Positions 8,944-17,252 are shown, counted from the first letter of the stretch. The stretch is 24,000 bases of DNA from Chloroflexota bacterium (GCA_019873645.1 JAIOAX010000050.1:1-24000); one strand, 5' to 3'. Translations and numbers: made by a program. The notes: generated by a model from the letters alone, not told the origin.

Positions 8944-9744
8944 ATGGAGAAGCAGCGGCTCGATGTTTTGTTGGTGGAGCGTGGCCTGGCGGAAAGTCGG
9001 TCGCTGGCGCAGCGGCTCATCCATGCGGGTGAGGTGCTGGTAGATGGACAGGTGACCGACAAGCCCGGCGTGAGTGTGCCGGTGGATGCCGATCTGAGGC
9101 TAAAATCCCGTCTGCGCTTTGTGAGCCGGGGCGGTGAAAAGCTGGCAGCGGCGTTGGCGCGTTTTCCGGTAACGGTCGCCGGAAAAGTGGCTGCGGATAT
9201 CGGGGCTTCGACGGGGGGCTTCACGGATTGCCTCCTCCAACACGGCGCGGCGAAGGTCTACGCTATAGATGTGGGATACGGCCAACTGGCGTGGGAGCTG
9301 CGTCAGGATACGCGGGTGATCGTGTTAGAGCGGGTCAATGCGCGCTATCTGACGACGTTGCCGGAAGCGGTTGACATGATCGTGTCGGATGTGTCGTTCA
9401 TCTCGCTGCGGCTGATCTATGCAACGGCAGTGCGCTGGCTCAAACCCGAGGGCGCGGTTATCTCGCTCATCAAGCCGCAGTTCGAGGCCGGACGCGCGGA
9501 TGTCGGCAAGGGTGGGGTGGTGCGCAATCCGGCGGTCCACCGGCGCGTGCTGGAGACGGTGGCGGCCGATATGGCGGCTTTGGGCCTGGGCTTGCGCGGT
9601 TTGATGGTCTCTCCGTTGCTTGGCCCCGCCGGCAACGTCGAATTTCTGGGGTGGTGGCTTTTGGGCGCAGACGCCGGCGACGTACCGATGTTGATTGCCC
9701 AAACTCTGGATGAGGCTAAAACGTTGGAACGTTGGAACGTTTGA
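8944..9744 (+). CDS. tlyA: TlyA-family rRNA 2'-O-methyltransferase (hemolysin A-like) with S4 domain
   Basis: 266-aa ORF. RLDVLLVERGLAESRSLAQRLI..G.VLVDG, FVSRGGEKLAAAL, SAM-binding DIGASTGGFTDCLLQHGA, and DVSFISL. Confidence 0.85.
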   Translation: MEKQRLDVLLVERGLAESRSLAQRLIHAGEVLVDGQVTDKPGVSVPVDADLRLKSRLRFVSRGGEKLAAALARFPVTVAGKVAADIGASTGGFTDCLLQHGAAKVYAIDVGYGQLAWELRQDTRVIVLERVNARYLTTLPEAVDMIVSDVSFISLRLIYATAVRWLKPEGAVISLIKPQFEAGRADVGKGGVVRNPAVHRRVLETVAADMAALGLGLRGLMVSPLLGPAGNVEFLGWWLLGADAGDVPMLIAQTLDEAKTLERWNV

Positions 9745-9763
9745 ACGTTCTAACGTTCCAACG
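9720..9763. repeat. Octamer array with five AACGTT palindromes at exact 8-nt spacing, self-complementary overall
   Basis: acgttgga acgttgga acgtttga acgttcta acgttcca acg. Arms 9724-9741 and 9744-9761 are complementary at 17/18 positions. It contains the tlyA stop (9742-9744) and ends 15 nt before the lepA ATG. Confidence 0.9.
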
Positions 9764-9777
9764 CAAAGGGAGAAGAG

Positions 9778-11592
9778 ATGGATCCGCAACATATTCGCAA
9801 TTTCAGCATTATCGCGCACATTGACCACGGCAAATCCACGCTGGCCGACCGGTTACTGGAAGCAACCGGCACGGTCGAGTCGCGGAAATTTGCCAGCGGG
9901 CAGGCGCAGGTGCTCGACAGCATGGATCTGGAACGGGAGAAGGGTGTGACGATCAAAGCCTCGGCGGTGCAGATGCACTGGGTCGCGGCCGATGGCGAGG
10001 AGTACGAACTGAACTTAATTGATACCCCCGGTCACGTGGACTTCGCCTACGAGGTGAGCCGGGCGTTGGCGGCCTGCGAAGGGGCATTGCTGGTGGTGGA
10101 CGCCACACAGGGGATCGAAGCGCAGACGTTGGCGAACCTGTATCTGGCGTTGGAGAACGATTTGGAGATCATCCCGGTCATCAACAAAATTGACCTGGCG
10201 ACGGCGAATGTTGAAAAAGTTTCCCGTGAAGTGGCCGAGTTATTGGGGGTGCCGGTGCAGGATGTGGTCCCCGTTTCAGCGAAGGAGGGCACGAACATCA
10301 ATACCCTGCTGCAAGCGATTGTCGAGCGCGTGCCGCCGCCCAAAGTCACCGATGTCACAGCGCCATTGCGCGCCCTGGTCTTCGATTCCCATTATGACTC
10401 TTACAAGGGCGTGGTGGCTTACGTGCGACTGTATGAGGGGCAGGTAACCGGAACGACGCCGTTGCTGATGATGGCAACCGGCGCGAAGACCGAACCGGTA
10501 GAAGTAGGCATCTTCCGGCCAGGAATGGAGCCGGTCGAGCGGCTCTCGGCGGGCGAGGTGGGGTACATTGCTACGGGCTTCAAATCGGTGCGTGAAGCGC
10601 GCGTCGGCGACACCATCACCGAACAACGCCGGCCGGCGGCGGAGCCGCTGCCCGGCTACCGCCCTGCTAAACCGATGGTCTTTGCCAGCCTTTACCCTTC
10701 GGAGGCCGATGATTACGAAAGCCTGCGGGATGCGCTGGAAAAATTGCAACTCAACGACGCCTCGCTCACTTATCAGCCCGAAACGTCGCAGGCGCTGCAA
10801 TTCGGCTTCCGTTGCGGCTTTTTGGGCCTGTTCCACATGATCATCGTGCAGGAGCGTTTAGAGCGCGAGTATGGGCAAGACCTGGTGGTGACCGCGCCGA
10901 GTGTGGCCTACCAGGTGTTGTTGACCAACGGTGATGAGATCGAAATCCACCGTCCGGCCGATCTGCCCGATCCATCGGTGATCCAGGAAGTCCGCGAACC
11001 GTGGATGAAGGTCCAGGTCATCACGCCGACCGAGTATTTGGGCGCCATTATGGAAATCTTCCGCCGCAAGCGCGGCACGCTTTTGCTGACCGAGACCCTG
11101 GATCAACAGCGCGTTCTGCTTACCTTTGAGACGCCGCTGGCCGAAATGGTGATTGACCTGCACGACCGTCTCAAGTCGGCCACACGCGGCTACGCCTCAA
11201 TGGACTACACCTTCGATAGCTATCGCGCCGATGACCTGGTGAAGGTGGATGTACTGGTCAACAAAGACCCGGTGGACGCCTTGGCGATTATCGTCCACCG
11301 TGACAAAGCTTACGAGAAAGGCTCGTTGCTCATCCGCAAGATGAAAGAAGTCATCCCGCGTCAATTGTTCGAGGTGCCGATTCAGGCCGTCGTCGGCGGG
11401 AAGGTGATCGCGCGTGTCAATGTGCAGGCGTTGCGTAAGGACGTGCTGGCGAAGTGCTACGGCGGCGATGTCACCCGCAAGCGCAAATTGCTGGAGAAAC
11501 AAAAGGCCGGTAAGAAACGTATGAAGGCATTGGGAAATGTCATCATCCCACAAGAGGCGTTCCTGGCGATGTTGCGGCTTGATGAAGACTGA
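9778..11592 (+). CDS. lepA: Elongation factor 4 (translational GTPase LepA)
   Basis: 604-aa ORF. IRNFSIIAHIDHGKSTLADRLL, DTPGHVDF, NKIDL, and the LepA C-terminal region. SD GGGAGAAG upstream. Confidence 0.95.
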   Translation: MDPQHIRNFSIIAHIDHGKSTLADRLLEATGTVESRKFASGQAQVLDSMDLEREKGVTIKASAVQMHWVAADGEEYELNLIDTPGHVDFAYEVSRALAACEGALLVVDATQGIEAQTLANLYLALENDLEIIPVINKIDLATANVEKVSREVAELLGVPVQDVVPVSAKEGTNINTLLQAIVERVPPPKVTDVTAPLRALVFDSHYDSYKGVVAYVRLYEGQVTGTTPLLMMATGAKTEPVEVGIFRPGMEPVERLSAGEVGYIATGFKSVREARVGDTITEQRRPAAEPLPGYRPAKPMVFASLYPSEADDYESLRDALEKLQLNDASLTYQPETSQALQFGFRCGFLGLFHMIIVQERLEREYGQDLVVTAPSVAYQVLLTNGDEIEIHRPADLPDPSVIQEVREPWMKVQVITPTEYLGAIMEIFRRKRGTLLLTETLDQQRVLLTFETPLAEMVIDLHDRLKSATRGYASMDYTFDSYRADDLVKVDVLVNKDPVDALAIIVHRDKAYEKGSLLIRKMKEVIPRQLFEVPIQAVVGGKVIARVNVQALRKDVLAKCYGGDVTRKRKLLEKQKAGKKRMKALGNVIIPQEAFLAMLRLDED

Positions 11593-11624
11593 AAGACTAC
11601 CAGACTAAAGACTACCGGACTATT
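11586..11624. repeat. Short-period (~8 nt) AGACTNNN array
   Basis: AGACT/GGACT recurs at 11586, 11594, 11602, 11609 and 11617. It spans the lepA stop and the spacer before the transporter gene. Confidence 0.6.
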
Positions 11625-11636
11625 TTCGGGGGGCGT

Positions 11637-12806
11637 ATGGGTTCGATCGGTGAAGCCTGGCGACGAATTCCTGTATCGCGACGCAAACAATTGATCCTGG
11701 TGCTGGTCGCGCTGGTGATCATCGGATTGGCGATCTGGACGGCGCGGACGGTCTTAATCCCTTACATTTTCGGCCTGGTGCTGGCTTATGTGCTCGCGCC
11801 GCTGGTCAGGTTTTTTGAACGCGGCTTTTTGTGGCTGAGCCGGCGCCGCCACTTGAGATTTTTGCGACGCGCGTCACGCGGTCTGGCAATTGGGTTGGTG
11901 TACCTGCTGGTCCTGGCGACCCTGGTGGGCTTCTTCTCGGTCTTTGTCCCGATGTTGATCGAACAGGGCAAGGCGTTGTGGGCCGCCAGGGATACGATTT
12001 GGCGATACATCTACCGCCTTGGTGAAAACATCGTTGAGCAATATCGCCTGTTGCCGGAACAGGTGCGTACTCAGATTGATGAGAACCTCACCAAATTCGG
12101 CGCGCAGGTGGGCAAAATCATCCAGCAGGCGGTCGGCGGCACGGCGGTCGTGATCTCGTATACGTTCAGCCTCCTGCTGGCAATCCTGATCATCCCCTTT
12201 TGGACTTTTTACATGCTGTTGGATTCGCACAAGCTGGGACAGACGTTTGTGCGTTCGATTCCGGCCTCGATCCGCGAGGACGTTTTGAAGATTGCTGCGC
12301 TCATTGACGCGGTTTTTGCCTCTTATCTGCGCGGGCAACTCTTGCTGGCTCTGATCATCGGCTCGGTCTCCACGATTTTCTTTGGGATTGCTGGATTGCA
12401 GTTTGCCTTGATCCTCGGTGTCATTTCCGGGCTTTTCGAGTTGATCCCCAACATCGGCCCGATTCTCGGCGCGATTCCGGCGATTCTGGTGGCGCTGGCG
12501 CAAGACCCCACGCTGGCACTGGTGACGACGATTTACGCCATTGTCATCCAACAAATTGAAAATATCTTCATCACCCCCCGGGTGCTGGGGCGGAGCGTGC
12601 AACTGCATCCGGTATTGGTGATGGTGGTGCTGGTCATTGGCAGCGAAGTCGGTGGATTGGTCGGCCTGTTCCTTGCGCCGGTGGCCACCGCCGTATTGCG
12701 GGACCTGTTCCGTTACATCTACTATCGTCTCGAAGAAGAACCGCTCTCCCCGGCCGAGGCTTTGGCGAAGGTGTGGAGCGCCGAGGCGTTTGATATCCAG
12801 GTGTGA
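11637..12806 (+). CDS. AI-2E family transporter (PerM/UPF0118-type permease)
   Basis: 389-aa polytopic ORF. Characteristic LIPNIGPILGAIPAILVAL and ITPRVLG segments. G-rich SD upstream. Confidence 0.85.
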   Translation: MGSIGEAWRRIPVSRRKQLILVLVALVIIGLAIWTARTVLIPYIFGLVLAYVLAPLVRFFERGFLWLSRRRHLRFLRRASRGLAIGLVYLLVLATLVGFFSVFVPMLIEQGKALWAARDTIWRYIYRLGENIVEQYRLLPEQVRTQIDENLTKFGAQVGKIIQQAVGGTAVVISYTFSLLLAILIIPFWTFYMLLDSHKLGQTFVRSIPASIREDVLKIAALIDAVFASYLRGQLLLALIIGSVSTIFFGIAGLQFALILGVISGLFELIPNIGPILGAIPAILVALAQDPTLALVTTIYAIVIQQIENIFITPRVLGRSVQLHPVLVMVVLVIGSEVGGLVGLFLAPVATAVLRDLFRYIYYRLEEEPLSPAEALAKVWSAEAFDIQV

Positions 12807-12824
12807 AAAGGAGCGTAAAAAATC

Positions 12825-13928
12825 ATGGCAAACAAAGTGCGTTTAGGTATCATCGGAGTTGGACAAATCGGCAAGAGTCACCTGCGGAATTACCAGAAGA
12901 TCGAGGGCGTCGAAATGGTGGCGGCGGCCGACGTCAACGCGGCCGAATTGGAGCGCGTGGCGCAGGAATTCGGCATTCCCAACACGTATACGGATTTTCG
13001 GGAGCTGTTGCGGCGCGATGACATCGTCGCGGTGGATGTGTGCTTGCATAACAACCTGCATATGCCCGTCACCGTGGCGGCGTTGGAGGCCGGCAAGCAC
13101 GTCTATTGCGAGAAGCCCATCGCCGGCGCCTATACCGACGGCGTGACGATGGTGGAAACCGCCAAAGCGACGGGCAAGATGCTGCACATTCAGTTGAGCA
13201 CACTCTACAGCAAGGAGACCAAGGCTGCCAAATACCTCATTGACGGCGGACATTTGGGCAAAATTTATCACGCGCGCTCAACCGGTTTCCGACGGCGGGG
13301 ACGCCCCTATGTGGATGGTTACGGCACGCCGGCTTTCGTCCAAAAGCACAATTCCGGCGGCGGTGCGTTCTACGATATGGGTGTGTATCACATCGCCAAC
13401 ATCCTCTACCTGCTGAACAATCCCAAAGTCCTGCGCATTACCGGTAAGACCTACCAGGAAACGCCCATTGACCCACGCCGTCTGGAAATCAGCAACTACA
13501 ACGTGGAAGAACTGGGGATGGGCTTTGTGCGCCTGGAAAATAACATCGCCCTGGACATCATCGAGGCATGGGCCATCCATCTGGACAACTTTGAAGGTTC
13601 CTACATTGTCGGTTCGCAGGGTGGGGTGCGGCTGGAACCGTTTGGCTACTACTTCAACATCGGCGACCTGGCGATCAACGGCGCAGCCGATTTGGGGCAA
13701 TTCGATTATCGCCTGCACAACGTCCATGAGATCGGCGATGTCTATGACAGCTCACAACATCATTGGGTCGCGGCGCTGCAGGGCCGCGTCGCGCTGTTGC
13801 CGACGGCCGAGGTCGCGCTCAACACGATGTTGATTTCCGAGGGGATTTATCTTTCCGAGAAGTTGGACCGCGAAGTGACCGCCGCTGAAGTGCTGGAACT
13901 CTCGCAGTCTACGGCGATGAAAGTGTAG
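12825..13928 (+). CDS. Gfo/Idh/MocA family NAD(P)-dependent oxidoreductase
   Basis: 367-aa ORF. N-terminal Rossmann motif [15 protein letters not shown] and the EKP motif (HVYCEKPIA). SD AAAGGAG. Confidence 0.85.
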   Translation: MANKVRLGIIGVGQIGKSHLRNYQKIEGVEMVAAADVNAAELERVAQEFGIPNTYTDFRELLRRDDIVAVDVCLHNNLHMPVTVAALEAGKHVYCEKPIAGAYTDGVTMVETAKATGKMLHIQLSTLYSKETKAAKYLIDGGHLGKIYHARSTGFRRRGRPYVDGYGTPAFVQKHNSGGGAFYDMGVYHIANILYLLNNPKVLRITGKTYQETPIDPRRLEISNYNVEELGMGFVRLENNIALDIIEAWAIHLDNFEGSYIVGSQGGVRLEPFGYYFNIGDLAINGAADLGQFDYRLHNVHEIGDVYDSSQHHWVAALQGRVALLPTAEVALNTMLISEGIYLSEKLDREVTAAEVLELSQSTAMKV

Positions 13929-13976
13929 TTGAGGCTCACACGCTATCCTGGCTGCACGCCCCAAAACCCATTTTTT

Positions 13977-14112
13977 GTCAGCGGATTGAACGGATTAAGC
14001 AGATTGAGCAGATTCAGGCGTCAATTAAAAGCTAATCCGTTAAAGTCCGTTTAATCCGTTGACATGCATTTTTATGCTGGGTTGAGCGCGTCGCTTATGA
14101 GGTCTTATGACA
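13977..14112 (+). repeat. Left copy of a ~125-135-nt element: 9-mer hairpin plus unique tail
   Basis: Aligns by eye with 19327-19453 at roughly 90% identity with one 9-nt unit indel. Tail TTGACATGCATTTTTATGCTGGGTTGAGCGCGTCGCTTATGA. Confidence 0.85.
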
Positions 14113-14428
14113 CCGGGGGTGGGATCATACCCCGGATATGTTCGTTGATCCAGCGAGGGCGATTGGGGATGTAGACGGTCACGGCGACCAGTTCGGTATT
14201 GTCGGTGTAGTCGCAGACGACGTGGATCGGCAAGGGATATTGGACGACCGGCCCGGCAATCAACAGCCGCCGGCGCTTGGGGTAGTGCTCGACAATCCGC
14301 CCGTTGAAGATCGCATGCAAGATGTCCTTACCCCGCAATCCCTCTTTGTAGGCCTCACGCAGGGCATGGTCGGATACCCGCAGGCGTTTCCACCGCGAAA
14401 GCAGGTCTTCGGTGTCGGTGATGCTCAC
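14105..14428 (-). CDS. DUF4258-like small protein (putative toxin-like, uncharacterised family)
   Basis: Pattern RVSDHALREAYKEGLRGKDILHAIFNGRIVEHYP...PLPIHVVCDY...LVAVTVYIPNRPRW matches my recollection of the DUF4258 profile. Start placed at GTG 14428, with GGAG 8 nt upstream, rather than at the tracked ATG 14524. Confidence 0.55.
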   Translation of the reverse strand: MSITDTEDLLSRWKRLRVSDHALREAYKEGLRGKDILHAIFNGRIVEHYPKRRRLLIAGPVVQYPLPIHVVCDYTDNTELVAVTVYIPNRPRWINEHIRGMIPPPVS

Positions 14429-14615
14429 TTCGGTTGCTCCACGTGTGTTGACGGATTCAAGGTTTACGTAACCCAGTAGAATTTTACCACAGAGTACCCA
14501 GAGAGTACAGAGGTTTTTTCTCATCGTTTGGGTGCATTTCAGGATGAGCGCCAGTTTAGCTCATTGTGCAACATTGGGCGGGAACATTTCGTACAGAAAA
14601 TGCGTCATAGCTGGT

Positions 14616-14651
14616 GGATTTCAATCCATTTCATCCGTTAAATCCGTTGAC
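14616..14651 (+). repeat. Partial copy of the 9-mer family (AATCCGTT arm ending in TTGAC)
   Basis: ggatttcaatccatttcatccgttaaatccgttgac. It shares the AATCCGTTGAC end with 14053-14063 and 19393-19403. Confidence 0.7.
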
Positions 14652-14671
14652 TGTCTCCAAGGAGAGCCGGT

Positions 14672-14782
14672 ATGCATACACAAAGTCCAAAGTCAAATCT
14701 GTGGGTGAACATGCTCCTGCTGTTTTTAGGCGCGCTGCCGCTGATTGTCTTGCTGTTGGTGCTGCCGTGGCTGTTAGGCTGA
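14672..14782 (+). CDS. Small hydrophobic single-TM peptide (36 aa), function unknown
   Basis: Below the ORF-track length cutoff. ATG 14672 is preceded by AAGGAGAG with a 5-nt spacer. Translation MHTQSPKSNLWVNMLLLFLGALPLIVLLLVLPWLLG, stop TGA 14780-14782. Host-like CTG-rich codons. Confidence 0.45.
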   Translation: MHTQSPKSNLWVNMLLLFLGALPLIVLLLVLPWLLG

Positions 14783-14976
14783 GAGGAGCGTCAGGCAAAC
14801 GTGGCGGTTGCGTCAAGCAGAAAGCCCGCCGGCCCGTAGATCACGTCACGGCCAGTTTCGCCGGAGATCCGCAATTGCGCATTGCGGTGCGCGGGCCGGT
14901 GCTGCGTGGGTGCAAACCCTCACACTATGCAGCAATAAGGTTGCCAATCTTCGCATGGGTAGAAACCTGCCCCCGT

Positions 14977-15008
14977 CCTGAAGTGTAACCCCCGGTTCAG
15001 GATTATTT
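14977..15008 (+). terminator. Weak candidate terminator hairpin
   Basis: CCTGAA, 13-nt loop, TTCAGG, then ATTATTT. The stem is short and the loop is long. Confidence 0.25.
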
Positions 15009-15035
15009 GACCTCTCAGAATAATTCGCTTATACT
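15007..15035 (+). promoter_or_regulatory. Sigma70-type promoter TTGACC-17 nt-TATACT
   Basis: TTGACC at 15007-15012 and TATACT at 15030-15035, about 70 nt upstream of ATG 15106. Confidence 0.55.
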
Positions 15036-15105
15036 GGTATCGTTGGCAAAGGGTTCCACATAATACATGTTAGCCGCGAGAACGACCAACTGTATGAGGG
15101 GAAAT

Positions 15106-15531
15106 ATGCCACAAGAGAAAGACAAAATCCTCTCACGCGAACTCGGTAAGCTCGGAGGGCCTGGTGCCAGCCTGACATCCAGATTGCTGCCCAACGACGT
15201 TCTTGAACTCACGATGGAGACAAGTAGTCCACCAGAGAAGACATTGGAGACTGTTTTCACCATATTGAGTCAGGAGGGGAAGATAACCGAAACTCACGAA
15301 TCTGATCCTAACACCTCTGCGGTTTGCGCAGTCGTAGGGGCTGGATTCTGGAATCTCAATCCAGCTCTTGTGGAAGTTCGGATAGTGTCAACGATAAACC
15401 ATGTAACAAAGTTGTTGATCATTGGAACAGCCAAAGAAGGGTTGATCAAGCAACGCGCTGGAGAAAAGGCCGCCAGAAGGATCGCGGACTTGCTGGCTCA
15501 GGCACTTAACCAGGCATACACTCGCGGCTAA
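15106..15531 (+). CDS. Hypothetical protein (141 aa), no family recognised
   Basis: Start moved to ATG 15106, preceded by GAGGGG with a 4-nt spacer. AT-richer third codon positions and ATA/AGA/AGG codons, unlike the flanking genes. Confidence 0.6.
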   Translation: MPQEKDKILSRELGKLGGPGASLTSRLLPNDVLELTMETSSPPEKTLETVFTILSQEGKITETHESDPNTSAVCAVVGAGFWNLNPALVEVRIVSTINHVTKLLIIGTAKEGLIKQRAGEKAARRIADLLAQALNQAYTRG

Positions 15532-15745
15532 CATCTCGCTCCAGCCGACTGCTCCCTTGCTCGCTTCGCGACGCAGCTTAGCCGCCCCTCGTTGGGTGGC
15601 TGTGCAACAATTGAAGCCAATCACTATCGGAGCTTGCTGGTGAAATCAATGTAGCTGGCTACATCCACCCGCAATCGGCTGAAATGCGGGCCGTTAACCC
15701 GCCGCTAACCGGGCATCAAGTCTCATTCGCTTTGGAGGTTCAACT

Positions 15746-16300
15746 ATGTGGAAGTCGCAGTTAATAGCCTTGCGCAAATACCTGGCCTCGTTTTTCAAAC
15801 GCGACTGGGAACTGACTGATTACCCGATCGTGCTGAGACACCAGAACCCCGATACCCCTGCACCGCCCATTAAGAACCTCAAGCTGGTTCCGTGGTGTGC
15901 TACAATCGTCAACTGGATCAACATCATCGGGTTTGGCGACACGAAGGAAGAAGCATTGGCCGATCTCAAACGGTGTTTCGATGAGTACAAGCTCGCACAC
16001 GGCTCTGTCCCCCGGCCGGGTACGCGTGTCCCGTTGCAGCTTCCTCCGGTTAATGAGATCCAGAAGCATGTGCCTATGGCGCGTGATTTCTTTGCTCGCA
16101 TCTTGAACATGGACTTTGACGAGTGTTTCATTTCTGATCGGTCCAGCCTGTGGGACTTCCCGTATGAAGACGATGAAGACGAGGCCGCGGTGTTCGCCAA
16201 AATCGAACAGGTTTACGGTGTAGACGTTTCAGACATTCACGATGGTAACCTGGCCCAAATTTTCAGCCGACTTGAGGAGCACGTTCAGGGGCGGTCTTGA
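15746..16300 (+). CDS. Hypothetical protein (184 aa) with HicB/UPF0150-like motif and acidic C-terminal domain
   Basis: GGAGG 7 nt upstream of the ATG. WCATIVNWINIIGFGDTKEEALADLKRCFDEY resembles the GxTxEEAL core of HicB-like antitoxin N-domains. The C-terminal half (DFDECFISDRSSLWDF...VFAKIEQVYGVDVSDI) is unassigned. Confidence 0.65.
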   Translation: MWKSQLIALRKYLASFFKRDWELTDYPIVLRHQNPDTPAPPIKNLKLVPWCATIVNWINIIGFGDTKEEALADLKRCFDEYKLAHGSVPRPGTRVPLQLPPVNEIQKHVPMARDFFARILNMDFDECFISDRSSLWDFPYEDDEDEAAVFAKIEQVYGVDVSDIHDGNLAQIFSRLEEHVQGRS

Positions 16301-16313
16301 GGTCAGATATGCG

Positions 16314-17252
16314 CTACCCAGAGGAAAAGGTGGTAGTAGACATTCCGGCAGTTTGGAAACGCAGCAATGTAATTTCCGGGGGGGCGTTTATGCGTACCTT
16401 GAATCCACCAATCCCCCGGTTGATATAGACAAAGGTAGCGTCATTGTGGACTAATCCGGCCAGATAGCGTGTGCCAAAGCACGTGGAGGCCAGAGACCAA
16501 CCCAACTGTGGGATGTAGATGGTGCCGCCGTGCGTGTGTCCGGCCAATGTCAATGCTATACGCCGGGCAGGTAGCATTTCGGAGAAATCCGGATTATGGA
16601 CGAGCAATACACAGGTTGCGTCTGAGGGTATTGTGTGCAATAACTGTTCCAGGTGCGCGCGCTGAGTTGCCCATATACGCTGAAAAATTGCGAAATTGGT
16701 GCAAAGGCTGCCACCGGGATCCTCAATGCCGATCAGCCACAAGGGAACGCCACCGATTAAACACATGTGTGCGGTATTGCGCAGTACCCTGATGCCTGCG
16801 GCTGTAAGGTTCTGGCGGATCCGATCGGGACCTGCCCAAGCATCGTGATTGCCCAGGACAGCATAACAACCGTAACGCGAACGCAGCGCAGCTAACTCCC
16901 GCGCCGCTACTGCACTAAAGCCAGCATAGAGTGTTACGAAATCGCCGGTCAAGACTATCAGATCTGGCTTCAAGGCATTGACCTGCGACACGATGCGCCG
17001 CAGATAATGAACGCTGGCATCCGCATCCATGTGGATATCGCTCAATTGTACCAACTTCAGACCATGCCAGGCGGCCGGCGCATTTTGCAAAGGAAAGACC
17101 ACCTCGCTCACAGCAGCATTTTTGAACAGCGATTCCTCTATGCAGAACGTTGGCAAGGCTGCCAACATGCTGCCGCGCTGCAAGAGTTTGAGGAATTGGC
17201 GTCGGGATAGACGTGAATAATACAATTGCTCGAAAGCCCCTATGATCCGCAC
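16314..17252 (-). CDS. Tat-signal metallophosphoesterase (calcineurin-like, YaeI/YkuE type)
   Basis: GTG start. Twin-arginine motif SRRQFLK. Motifs LSDIHMD, LTGDFV, LGNHD, LVHNPD, AGHTHGG. Confidence 0.85.
   Translation of the reverse strand: MRIIGAFEQLYYSRLSRRQFLKLLQRGSMLAALPTFCIEESLFKNAAVSEVVFPLQNAPAAWHGLKLVQLSDIHMDADASVHYLRRIVSQVNALKPDLIVLTGDFVTLYAGFSAVAARELAALRSRYGCYAVLGNHDAWAGPDRIRQNLTAAGIRVLRNTAHMCLIGGVPLWLIGIEDPGGSLCTNFAIFQRIWATQRAHLEQLLHTIPSDATCVLLVHNPDFSEMLPARRIALTLAGHTHGGTIYIPQLGWSLASTCFGTRYLAGLVHNDATFVYINRGIGGFKVRINAPPEITLLRFQTAGMSTTTFSSG

Noticed and set aside
13977-14063. CRISPR array interpretation of the short repeats (also 3561-3634, 8815-8887, 9720-9763, 19327-19404)
   Set aside because: The units are 7-9 nt, directly abutting and degenerate, with no unique 25-40-nt spacers. 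No cas genes are present in the window.
14058-14090. TTGACA in the repeat tail as an outward promoter (also 19398-19403)
   Set aside because: At 16-18-nt spacing the best -10 candidate is TTGAGC, which matches TATAAT at about 2/6 positions. There is no extended -10 either.
14791-14918. Possible relic coding fragment on the - strand (…LRISGETGRDVIYGPAGFLLDATATFA*)
   Set aside because: The translation looks protein-like, but there is no start codon, no recognisable family, and it is only ~40 codons long. It cannot be supported without a database search.
14614-14988. 124-aa + strand ORF covering the region after the DUF4258 gene
   Set aside because: It begins inside the 9-mer repeat and is out of frame with the well-supported 36-codon ORF. 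It has no SD, and its translation is Arg/Ala-rich and looks non-coding.
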